From Styela clava (lineage: Eukaryota): a stretch of DNA of 64,000 nucleotides. A program made the position numbers and the translations under genes. This document shows, piece after piece, positions 1 to 12,035 of the stretch. The stretch is taken from NCBI RefSeq assembly GCF_964204865.1, contig NC_135260.1, positions 10,044,001-10,108,000 of the forward strand, written 5' to 3'. Each line of letters opens with the position of its first letter. Positions within the stretch are counted from its first letter, which is position 1. The notes under the pieces were generated by a model. That model saw only the letters and a program-made list of their open reading frames with translations, did not search any database and was not told where the DNA came from.

Positions 1-275
1 ACGGTTTTATATATGGTTTGAGAAGATAACAATTTATCATTATAATACCAGTTTCGAAAACAAAAAATATTCTCATTAAATATATTTTGCGAAAAATGTA
101 TTGATATTTCGTCACGTTTGTAAAATGTTTCTAAGAAATGTAAAAGTGACTGATTTTCGAAGAGAAAATTATCATGAATCCACTAAATTTGCTCATTACT
201 CGTTGCGCGATATATTTTGAACGTATTATTGGAATTCGTGAAATATGGCTACTCTGATATTTTGAGCGAGCTCAC

Positions 276-1343
276 CTTCATGTTCTTATTGTCAGATCCA
301 CATGGTACACTATCCATTCCCAAAACAATTGTAGCTGTTGCAGCAATTCCAAGTAATATAGCGGTCACACCAAACCCTCTAGCTGGAAATGAAATGTTAT
401 TGATTGTTTATTTACGGTTTCAATAAAAATACAAAAAATTGTTAAAATCCTTTTTTACTGATACTATTGAAGATAGTTTAGGATTATTTTTTAAGTGTAT
501 ACAATTAAAGCAGACGACGAACCTTTTCTTATGTATTAATTTTTTTTCAATCAATATTTGCAAGAAAAGTTTGTGATAAGGATAACAAAATATATATTTG
601 TATGACGTTAATCGTTTGTCGATGCCGTTCTTTAAAATAATCTGTGAGATCCGAATTGAAAAAAAATCGATTGAGTTATTAAATATGCATATACCTGCTT
701 GCAACATAGCTGGAAGTCCAAGAAAAAATTTGTTGAAATCATCACATTCCCAGTTTCCGGTGGAATAAGTCACACATTTCACCCATATTCCTTTATGCTG
801 TAAATAATTGGTTGAAAAATTAGAAAAAAGTTTGTTGTGTTACTGTTTTCTGATAGTTCATCTAGTCACTATTCAGACAAGTTTTCTTGTGATATAACAC
901 TTTTGAATTGAATAGGTATAAGGTAATTTGAGTACTCTAGTGTCGAGTTTTCCCTTTGTCCAATTTTAGTCAAAACACACCTCTTATGATATTTGAGTAT
1001 AAAGAATAAGACGTCGATTGAACCGTTTCAAAAATCATTATATTTGGATTTAACATCACAAAATGTAAAATTATATAAGATCAGGTAACAAAAATTTGGA
1101 AATAAGAGAATAGTTATAAAAATTATACTGCGATTCTTCTCCTATTTCAATGGTTCGCTTAATATGAAGAAATGTCTTAATATGAAGAAATGTCTTTATA
1201 TTACCCACCCTTATGATGTTATCATTGACGGTATCTTCAGGATCGTTCTTCTCCCAGTATGGAATTCCTACTGAAATGCATGTCAAGAGACATCCAATTG
1301 CAATACAAATAGTGGAGGCAATCTCAATACCAGAAGCACCCAT
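276..1343 (-). CDS. Claudin paralog A, first three coding exons; the 3' part runs off the window start
   Basis: Exons 1343-1209, 797-695 and 382-276 have GT-AG boundaries and compatible phases (0,1,0). Translation: MGASGIEIASTICIAIGCLLTCISVGIPYWEKNDPEDTVNDNIIR/HKGIWVKCVTYSTGNWECDDFNKFFLGLPAMLQA/ARGFGVTAILLGIAATATIVLGMDSVPCGSDNKNMK. It shows the claudin W-G[LI]W-C-C signature and the LQAxR motif before TM2. Confidence 0.93.
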
Positions 1344-4300
1344 TTTGCCTTAGTTAGTTTTTATCAAAATCAAATATATATTTCTTCTCAAATAAACTAT
1401 AAAAGAGAAGAGAAATTGTATTTAAATGTAAATAAACTTGAAAATTTTAAAACTATATAAATAATAAAAAACAACTAATAATAATTATACAAAATATAAA
1501 TATAAAATAGTTTAGTTAGCTTGCTGACTACCTATTTCAGGTCGACTTTTGATTTTTATGTTATGAATGGAATAATTTTGTTTCCAATCATTCTTTGAGA
1601 AGGCCTAATTTTCAAAATCTGACTTCGAAACAAAAATTCTCACATAAGTGGGAGATTTCGTTTAATTTCATTCTGTGAACTTGTTTACTCTTCGAAAAGA
1701 GTTTCTAATCGACGTCGTTGCCAACGCCAGACCAGCAAACACCATTCTAAACACTGTATTCATCGAAATATATTCTCGCTTTCTAAGTGAATTGAATTAT
1801 TGATGCATCATAGGGCATACACCATCATAGTTTATGTTAGAAGGCCTTTTTTCTTTCGAAATGATCATTTCGTAGTATGTTATACACTTTAACAATCATG
1901 GATCTTAGATAAAATACAGGTATACTGTGAGTTTATTCATCGCCCATACTAGTTCAATATTTCTCTAAGAATGAGTGCGGAAACAGGAGAAAAGATGCCT
2001 TTTCAGTCCGCCATCTTGTTTCTTTACTCAATCCTATTGCAACGCTACCTCAAAAGTAACTAAGCATATGACTGCTTTGTCTCTCTCTATGGCACACCTT
2101 AAATCAAAAACCTTATCACCACGCATGCGCAAAATTTAAAAGAACGTACCCCCGGGCGATAAAAAACGATTTCTCGTCTTCGTTGTCGCAACATTGAGCC
2201 ATGACTCGAAAAGAAATATCAAAAAGTACTTGGGAAAATAATTACGCTTCGCGGCTTTGTTGTTGTAATATCTTTCCATAATGACCCAGCTTTCTTCTGT
2301 AATTAACCCTCAACAGCACGTTTTGTTTGCTAATCAAGCTACAGTTAATTGATCCGAACTTTAAGGACTCTAAACTATATTTTGTGAAACGGTTTTCCAA
2401 TTATTCATTATCACATTTCTTTGTCAAATTTATTCAACATCAGGATCTAAGTCAAGAAAAAACTTTTTACCATAACCCCATTTTAAAAGGATTCATACTG
2501 ATATGTAGAATTGAACAAATCTAAAAGCAAGTAATGTTAGATTCAAATAAATTACCGTGAGCACCCAAATTTGTGAGATTCAGAACATGTCTGGAATCAA
2601 TACCTTAAAGCACACGGCACACAAGCGAAAAAAATTTTCAGCATGCTATGAATTCTGTAAATAAACAACGTTCCCGGGGTTTTCATAAATTGTAAACTGC
2701 ATTTAACTAACGTCAGTTGTAGAATATATTCAAGCACAGCAAACCTTCTGGCAAAAAAAGACTTGGAATTATTCCACTTTTTGCCGTTCATTTTTTTAAA
2801 AATAAGTAGATTTTGAAGTCTATGGTTCGCAAAATCTAATATTTTATATTTAAATTTGAACTAGCTGTACAATAAAACATGCTTTGAATTGACATTAGAA
2901 ACTGATCAATACTACACAATACGTTTCGTGTTTTGTATTAGCAGAAGACATTTAGGCTTGCACAACAAGCAACTTGAATTAGAGAAAAACATCAACCGAT
3001 AATATTTGAGGATATCAATTTATCAAAGCAGTTACACGTTAAACTCAAAGTTTTTAATATATTGTAATATTGTAGTCAAACTGTCTTTTATAATATTAAA
3101 ATGCTCAAAATTCGGTTCGCTTTAAACACTTTTATTCCGTAGTTTCAAGGAATTATTCAAAATTAAATTTTTGATATAAAACTTTTTGTGATCAAGAAGA
3201 TTTTATCAGCATAGCAACGAGTTAAGTCCAATATTGTTTGTGATTTTAGTTAATGTAGGATGTTGTGTTTTACATTCTCAGAATCATTAGAACTCCTATT
3301 TTAAACTCTAGTTTTCACCAAACCTGAATCGATCTTTGAAAGTGTGCTACATCCCTTTATCATGCTTGATCATTCGTAATAAATATTGAATTTGAGTAGA
3401 ATAAAATTGAAGCCTTTTATTGCAATATTGAAATGATTACCAAATTAAATTCGCTCGAGGCTATCATGCTACACTGCTGTGTCTATGATTTACGTTGCCG
3501 CGTGAGAATTAAGTTTTACCTTTCGCTAAGCTAATTACCGCCTACAACTTTTTAAAGCAACAACTAAACATTTTAACGATAAGTTGCTCCAGGCTAATTG
3601 CAATTACCTTACATCATTATTAAGATTAAATGGATAGAATTTTACATAAAGTAAAAAGAGAAATCCCAATGTCTAGCGTGTTTAGAAGATTGAAATATGA
3701 ACCGACAGTTATGGTGGCTTTCATTATTGTTTTCCAAATAATCAAATTGGTTTTGTAATCCTTTTTAATTCTAAGAATTACAAATATCAATGAATTTTCA
3801 TAATGACCTAAATTGGTCGGCATGCATATTTGGGTAAAACAAACGTTAGCATACTTTTGAGATGCAGCTAGGCTAAATAGAAGGAATATAGTATGTCGTA
3901 AAGAGGAATATTGTCAAATAAATATGTTATACTAAAAATCCAATCCGTAGCGCAATTTCGATAATATTCATTAAACAACGGACTAAGAACAAAAATACTG
4001 CAATTATAACACATCCATTTTTATATGCTTTTAATTCGTTATACCTCAGATAAAATATACCAATACTGCAAGGTCAAAAGAAAAATTGAAACCATTGGCT
4101 TTGTGAGAAGTGCTTCCTTTGCAGAATTTGACATCTATTGTAATAGTTCAAAAGACAGAACCAATGAATGACACAGAAACGATTCAATCCGATTAAGATT
4201 TGGCATATTATATTATACGAAAGTTTATCTTCGTGTACGCCTACGAAACTTCGAGTAGTTTTCAACTTATTGGACATGAGGTGGACCGTTTTACCAAATA

Positions 4301-5189
4301 TTTGTTCAAGTTCTAAGTGATTCAAAAGTCTCACAATAACACCAATATATTTTTAAAGAGAAAATGTATATCTAAACCTAACAAAGATATATATATTATT
4401 TGCGTTAGTGTACATCAACACTTTTGAATCATTTAGAATAGCTGTATTCACTTTGGGGAAAAAATTCTTGCAATATATATTATATATGTTCTTGCACGTT
4501 GTTGTTGTGTGGTTATCGGTTTTTTGACTACTGGATCAATCAAGCTTCAGTAATTAGCTGCAGTGCGCCAAGTGGGCTTTTACTTCATATATATGTTGTT
4601 GTTTTTTTTAAATATTTTTGAGCTCTCTGGTGCCGGTTATTCTGCTCTAATTTCCCTTTTTTCAACACACTCAACCACCACGTGGATTTCACGTGATCTC
4701 AGCGTATGAGTTACAATCAATCGGACGATTTACAGACGAAGAAGAGGAATAAAATTACTTACGGAAGCGAGTAAATTTATACTTTTATAACGTTTATACT
4801 TGATGATAAATAAGTATAAGCCGCATGATATTTGAGTCACATGATATCAAGACCAAATAATGGATATTTTTCGAATAACATTGAGTCATTCACGCTCGCG
4901 GCGTTTATTTTCTATTTTTATGTTTTGTGAAACTAGTGTCTCGATGTATCAAATCTAAGATCTCATTTTTACTTCCATATACGGTTTATAGGTTATCAAT
5001 ATATATTGTGACGAAATGACGACAAATTTTAAAAGAATTCCTAAATAAAATTATACATTTTATTGGAAATCGATGGGAAAGGAGATATAAAAATCGTAAA
5101 ATACCTGCATAACACTGGATGTTTCACTATCTGTGTATTCTTATATCTTAATCTTTATTAACATACGGTAAGAGCGCAATGCTGATAAA

Positions 5190-5516
5190 TGGACACGGAA
5201 GTACCGGTACTGCAGGTCTGCGACCGCGAGTTTATATGATTGGCGTCAAGCAATACAGAGGCAATCGAGCAATACCGAAAAAAATATTTTCTTTTAATTA
5301 ATATAAGTTTTTGAAAAAATATCGGATGTCAAAGAAAATTTGATAATTAGAAGCCTTATAGAAATTCTGCCATTTTTGAGTAATGAAAATTTGAGATGAA
5401 TTGTACATTAACAGTGAAGAATAGCAATTTTTGTTCTCAACGTCAACAATCAACCCTACAACAACCAAAATCACAACAACAATAGCAAATCGATCCATAT
5501 AAACATTTCGTGGCCA
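5190..5516. mobile_element. Small TIR element (MITE) with TGGACACG(G/A)A...TTCGTG(T/G)CCA termini
   Basis: Inverted termini. It shares the internal TACCGGTACTGCAG motif with the 6683-6866 copy and the CGATCCATAT..TTCGTGTCCA right end with other copies. Confidence 0.55.
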
Positions 5517-6374
5517 ATATATTGCAAATGATTAGAGTTAATATATATATTAATATATTATACTTAGTTCAGCGGCTCTGAGTTTAAGCGTTTGTACTTT
5601 ATACAAATCCCGCAGACAAACTCATTATATATTGTATGAGAAACGCAAACGTTGTAACAACATTGATAAATTTCAAATAATTTAGCAATCACTGAACTAA
5701 TCGAATATTTCTGACAGCACGTTTGATCATATACAAATATAGATTATACATGGAATTGGCAACATCTAAATTGAATATCCGTGTGGAAAGATAGTGTCAT
5801 TGAAGTTTTCAAATCATTTTTAGAAACATAACAATAATGATATGAAAAAACTGACTCGAGTTTATTAGTTTAAAACCCAATCAACTCTCTGCGGAGGTCT
5901 CTCAATGCGCACACCAATTCAGCTCATTTTCCTCGGCTCAGGTCTTTTTCGCCCGCGACTTATCCCCATATATATTTGACACCGCATCTCTATTTTTATC
6001 ATCCACTTGTTTTTATAACTTTGAATGCATTAGGATTTATAGCAAAATAATAAAAAAAAGCCTGACCGCATTACAACCAACGGCCAAATCTCTTCAATAT
6101 TTGTGGGAAGAATTTCACATTGTTAAATTTTAGAAAATCACCATAAGAGAAAAGATTTGCACTCCAAGTAATACCTGTAATATTTTTATTGGTAAAAAAA
6201 CATTACATTTCAAATATATTTATTGCATAATAGTTATAACATTGTGAACATTTCATAATCATTTGTTCGGGCGTTTGTTTTGGAAATCAATTTCTACCAA
6301 TGTGGACATTGTATAATAGTCGTGGAAATCCATGTGTCCAGTTAACACAAAATATATCTGTTTTCTGATAATCC

Positions 6375-8848
6375 TCAAACGTATTCTTCGTCTCTTTTGT
6401 ATACTGTGTTTACCTCAGGTTTATAAACGTAAGGTTGTCTTCGCAAATCTTCATCTTCTTCTTCGCAACTCATGCATAAAGCAAGAATACCACCAAGTAG
6501 ATATAAAGCACCACCAGCCCAAGCTATAAACAAAGCAGATCCAAAAACGTACCTGAAAAACATAAAAACAATAAGAATATAAAAAAAAATAGAAATCAAA
6601 ACTGACTAAAGAGCTCTATAACAAATCTTTGATATTTGTTTTGGGAAACAACGAAAAAACAAGATAGCGATGCTAAAATATTTGGACGCGAAAGCCAAAA
6701 ACGAAGTAATATGTGTATGCAATATGTGACTGTAGACTACCGGTACTGCAGTCTTCATGACTTCGCCTGACCACCAAATTGCAACTAACGCGGAACCACC
6801 ACAAGAGGCGCAATATTATATGACGTCATCGCACATAAATAAAAACATAAGTTCATTTCGTGTCCAACAAGTAAAATAATTTAATTTGGTCTCACGTTGT
6901 ACTGTTAGACATTCGTCCAGTGAATTCCATCATTTGTTGACGAGTGTATTCTCTATGAATATCATGTGCATACCAAGACGCAGCAGCTATTATACATAAT
7001 GATGAAAGTAAAGAGAGACAGCCAGCAATCAATCTAGACCGTTTCTGAAAAAAAAACATTTGTCTCGATTTATTTTAAACTATATTATAGTGTGAAACTA
7101 CGCATCTATAATTTAGAAATATCATTATTATCTACTGATATTCGTAATAGCTTGTTTGTTTATAATGTTTTGTTGGTAAATTAAAATAGCCTTATGGGCT
7201 GAATTAAAATTTTACTCTACATATTTATAGTTGTGAAATATGCATGTCAATTTCATGTACATTTATAGTTTTTTTCTATCAAATCATAAATTATGTATCA
7301 AAATAATATAATATGAGCATTGAGTATTAGAAACACATTCAAAGTTTGGGCGAGCTTTATTTGAGCCAAACGCTTTGTTACCGTTTGATAGAATGAAGCT
7401 CCACATATTCCCTGTTTGATGGAAAATGTTATCATAATAAGTCCGACCAATCCTAAAATCAATGCACTGATGCCAAATCCTCTTCCTACAAAAATATAAA
7501 CAACATACTACCATGTTATACTGGATGTTAATGACTAAAACAAATTGATTATAAGTTACATTAAACATATATTTTTTCGCATTTTGTAGCTTGAAATGAC
7601 TTCATCGGAAAAATGTTGACATTGATAATTGCAGAAACGGGCAATAAATTACGTTAATAAAAGCTATTTGACGATTAGGAACAATGCAGACGTGTTTATA
7701 TATCATTCTACTATAAGTTCAGTATTTAGTTCTAGTTTTCTTCTGCGCCATAATGGGGTCGTATGAAACCCAAAACAAACGTCGAAGTTTGAAATCCCGG
7801 AATACCCTTGATTGCAGATAGCTGTAGACTCACAATGTCGCTTGCGATAATGATAGAAAATTCTGACTTGCCTGGTTCTGATTTTTGATTTTGAGGTGTT
7901 GAATTGAAAGAGGTATTGATAATTTGCATTAGCTAATACTTATCCGTGGGGCATGATTCATTTCGGTGAAAAACAAAAAACCAAAAAAATTGCGTCAACA
8001 AATAATTTATTGCTTCGTGTACCGAAAACTACGAATGCTTTATTAGAACATCGGAAGAGGCCGTAATATATAATATCAAAATACTATATTTTGGTGCGGT
8101 TTAAACTTACGGTCGTTTGCCACGGAATAAGTGAATTTTATTTAATAAGACTCCGTTGTTTAAGTTTTTATACATTTAATCGCATAATTTCAACTAGATA
8201 TTATTACAAGTATTATTACTATTAAATCGAACGACGTAAACTCGTTGTCGAATCCGAGTCCCTAAAATGCGAACATTTGACTCAAACTCGAATCTAGTTC
8301 ATCCCTCAGTAAATATATGGAAGTAATGCTTGATTTTATGTATTTACCTGCTTGCAACATTGCTGGAAGGGCTAAAAAGAATTTTTGGTAGTCATCACAT
8401 TCCCAATTTCCTGTTGAAAATGATGTACATTCGATCCATAGACCCATATGCTGCGATTAAATTGGTATGAATTAAAAAAAAAACATAGCATGTTTTTAAA
8501 CATTAATCAGAATATGTCATTTTACCAATCCATTATCGGGTAACTTAAATTTTATATATATCGTTATTTATTAGTCGCAGTCCATTTATTTGATTACAGA
8601 TCAATCAAGCGTTTTATACTACCAGATCTAAACCAACTCAATCATATCTGCTATAGATGACATTTTGAATAAGACAAAAAACGATTTTCAATGAAACTAT
8701 TCCAGAATCGTCATACCTGAGATATGCTATCATTGATAGTGTCGTCAGGGTCATTTCTTTGCCAATACGGAATAGCAACTGCGATACAAGTGAGAATCCA
8801 TCCACCACAAATTGCTAATAGGGATGCAATACCTACTCCTGATGCCAT
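6375..8848 (-). CDS. Claudin paralog B, complete, 5 exons, 221 aa
   Basis: Exons 8848-8717, 8450-8348, 7485-7382, 7044-6896 and 6552-6375 total 666 nt with consistent phases. Four hydrophobic segments, the W-GLW-C-C signature, YVFGSALFIAWAGG in TM4, and a C-terminal EEYV PDZ-binding motif. Confidence 0.95.
6683..6866. mobile_element. TGGACACGAA-family MITE in claudin B intron 4
   Basis: Runs TGGACGCGAA...TTCGTGTCCA. The internal CGGAACCAC..GCGCAA..TGACGTCATCG segment is shared with 30737-31038. Confidence 0.6.
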
Positions 8849-11426
8849 ATTTAAAAATAAATTCTACACTGTAAAAACGAAAGCAAAATAGGTAAAACTA
8901 TTTAAAAATTGTGTATGTTAGGTAGTATTTCATTTTTTTGTCCTTAGAATCTTTTTTTAACCAGTCCGTGGAGATTTTTCACTTCAAACTCTAGGAGTAT
9001 GGTTTCTAATTAATACTTTACATATCCCACAATATTGCCATCTTTTTTTCGAGAGTGACAGCATTCTTCACCTTGTAGCTTAAAGCACTACTTATTTTAG
9101 ATCTGTTCAAAGCATCTACCTGCTTTTCATACAATTCATATCTAACAACTTATGTCCATATCCCGAACCTCATTCCAACCATGTCTGATGCGCATATACA
9201 TCTGGCAACGGTTAAATAATTCATACTGAAAGACTGCAGGTACATTGATCACCATGAGAACGATTAAAAACAATTTGAAACACTGCGCATGTGAATTCGC
9301 CCTAGGCTACAATGTTGTATACTGTTACAAAGATGTGGTAAATTTGGTTTATATGATCATTGATTCGGCTATAACATACAGCGCCGTTGGCAACGTAAAA
9401 AAGAAAGTGAAATTTACGCACTTGTGAATCAGTCAAATCCACCTTTAAGAAGATGCTCAAATCACATATGCCTCTGGCAGATACAACACATTACTTTATA
9501 ACATTATCGCTTTGTCATTTCCGTGAACAAAACTTCGTTCCAAACGTTACATTCATGATTGAGTGTAATTTGTTAAATGTTGATCGCGCGTATAACATAA
9601 GTTTTTCTCTACAATAACCTTGAACACAAACAAGCGGATAAGCCAGTAGCTTCGTGTGAATGAAGCAGGCTTCAGTCGCACTGGCGAAGGTTATGAACGG
9701 GAATATAACGGATATATTAGATGCTGCAACTGACTTATCCCGTAGCCACGACAGTTAATTGGACTGAATTTTTAAACTCAGGCGGTGGCGAGACCAATTT
9801 TAAAAACTACTTGCCACCAACAGCTTTCTCCACCGTCCGGTTCCGTGCATCTACAACAGCTGACTAGTACCGTAAACTACTATTCTTATATCTGTTTTCG
9901 ACCAGTATGACTTTTTGTTCTACCTTCCTTAACGGCCGAAGCTCCTCTGTAACTATTGGACAAATGAACTCTGGGGGCATGACAATTTTAATAGCACAAT
10001 ACATTTATTACTATTTAATGCAGCAAGAAAACGACATAATATTACAACATTATTGTTAATGAAACAATTATACTATGTCATGCTGAGAGAAAAATATCCT
10101 TGAGTTAATACAACAAGTACATATATATATATTTATAAGCCTAACCTCATAATTTTTTGTGGTCGTCTTTTGGGAAAGGAACATTCAATATGGCAAAAAC
10201 TATATAAGATGAAATCCCAAGAATTTTTTTTGTTCCATCAGGGTACTGGTGCATAAATTTATTAGAATGCTTTAAAAAAATTTATGGTTTTTGATAAATT
10301 TTTAAGCAGAATTCTGTTCATTCCATTTTGGCGAAATATTATTGTAACAAGAAAAATTACGCATTCTATTCGGAGTGTGTTGAGAATTGAGAGTAAAAAG
10401 GATTTAATCAATTGTAATTGAATTTGCATATTCAGAAAATAACATTAATTCAATATTGTGGTAAATAATCAGCAGAAATCGTAGTATTTGGCATTTGTAC
10501 TTTCCAACACATGCTTTGCAGAAAAGATTATTTGTGAATAATGATGTTTGCACCAAGTATACAAAATTTCTAAGAATATAAATAAGGTTATACATAATTT
10601 TTTATTGAATGGACTTTTCAAGACTTTAATGAATACCCTGTATTTTTCGAAAAGTTTGACTTCAGTCAAATCTGAATGTCTTAACTTGACAACTTAAAAA
10701 AAAAATAAACAACCATAGCTTTACACAGTTATTACAGCCACAGTTTTACCCACAGTGAAAGCACAAAATAATAGAGTAGTGATGAAGAAGTTAGGTATGA
10801 GTTTTAATTATGAGCAGAGCCCATTGAAACAGAAAAACTAATTCTGCTCTATCAATGAAAACAATTTAGCTTGTTTATTTATCTACGGATACTCGTCAAC
10901 ATTTACAGCTACTTCGATATATAATAAAATATAGATTTTAAATTTTCTTATAAAATATAACATAATAGGGTATCATAAAAAATCTGAAATTATGGCAATG
11001 AAAAATAAGAAGCTGGTCATCTATGTCTATGAGATAGAATAAAAAATTACCTAAGTTAGTCAGAATAGAAATACTGTACATTTACTAATCGTTTCTATCG
11101 TAATATCCTAATTATTATACCAAGCTTGTTGATATCACACAGGAGACCACCAATACTTGGTTGAAGTGGATATTAGTTTGCATTGAAAAAAAAAATTGAC
11201 AGGTATTGGAACCATGTTAAGCAGCAAATGTTTTCAAACTTAAAACAAAGTGAGAAAACACACATTACCACCTTCACAGTAATATCATGATGGGAATCAA
11301 ATTTAATCAAGCATTTTATTAATGAATGCCTATATTCAAATGGTTAGGTTCTGTCTAGGTTTTGACAATTTCAATGGATTTCGTAGTAAAATCAAGACAT
11401 TTGACAAATTATAGCTCAGAAAATTG

Positions 11427-11646
11427 GGCGCTCCCGTAGTATATGCACCAAGATGGCGGAAACCAGAGCGTAGTATGTGTACCAGGTTAGGCAATAATTA
11501 TTTTCCAATTTTACTTCTATTACGAGTTCGGGGACTAGCCAAATGACTTCCGTAGTATTTGTACCTGAAATACAGCCTAACCCTAACCTGGTACACATGC
11601 TACGTTCCGGTGTCCGCCATCTTGGTGCACATACTACGGGAGTACC
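11427..11646. mobile_element. GG-terminal MITE, long form, 8-bp TSD (Merlin/IS1016-like or Mutator-like)
   Basis: About 65-bp imperfect TIRs (GGCGCTCCCGTAGTATATGCACCAAGATGGCGGA...). Flanks GAAAATTG/AAAAATTG. Confidence 0.85.
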
Positions 11647-12035
11647 AAAAATTGTCCTATATTATTAATTATGGCAACCCACTTTCACATTTATTACTAC
11701 TAAAAAGCAGTTAACAATAATTTTACAAGCGGCATGCAAAATATTTGAACTATCCATGTCATTGGTGTAAACTGGTAAGAAAAACTGCCTAATAAAATTT
11801 GTGAAAGAGTGACACAGAACTTCTGCACTGTATCACAACTTTGCTGAAAAAATGCCAACTTTTACATAAAAACAATACCTTAATTGATTCAATTCAACAG
11901 AACCAAATTCTTTGAATAAAATTCAGAATGCAACATTCTATCATTTCTTTATTAAAATGTTGTTGAGTAAATAGTGAGGATGAGTAACAAAAAATAATTT
12001 TTAGACAGTGACAAATAAGATAATAATATATTTTT

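Noticed and set aside
9600-9990. GC-richer patch, possibly an exon or retroelement remnant
   Set aside because: I found no open frame with splice sites and no recognisable motif.
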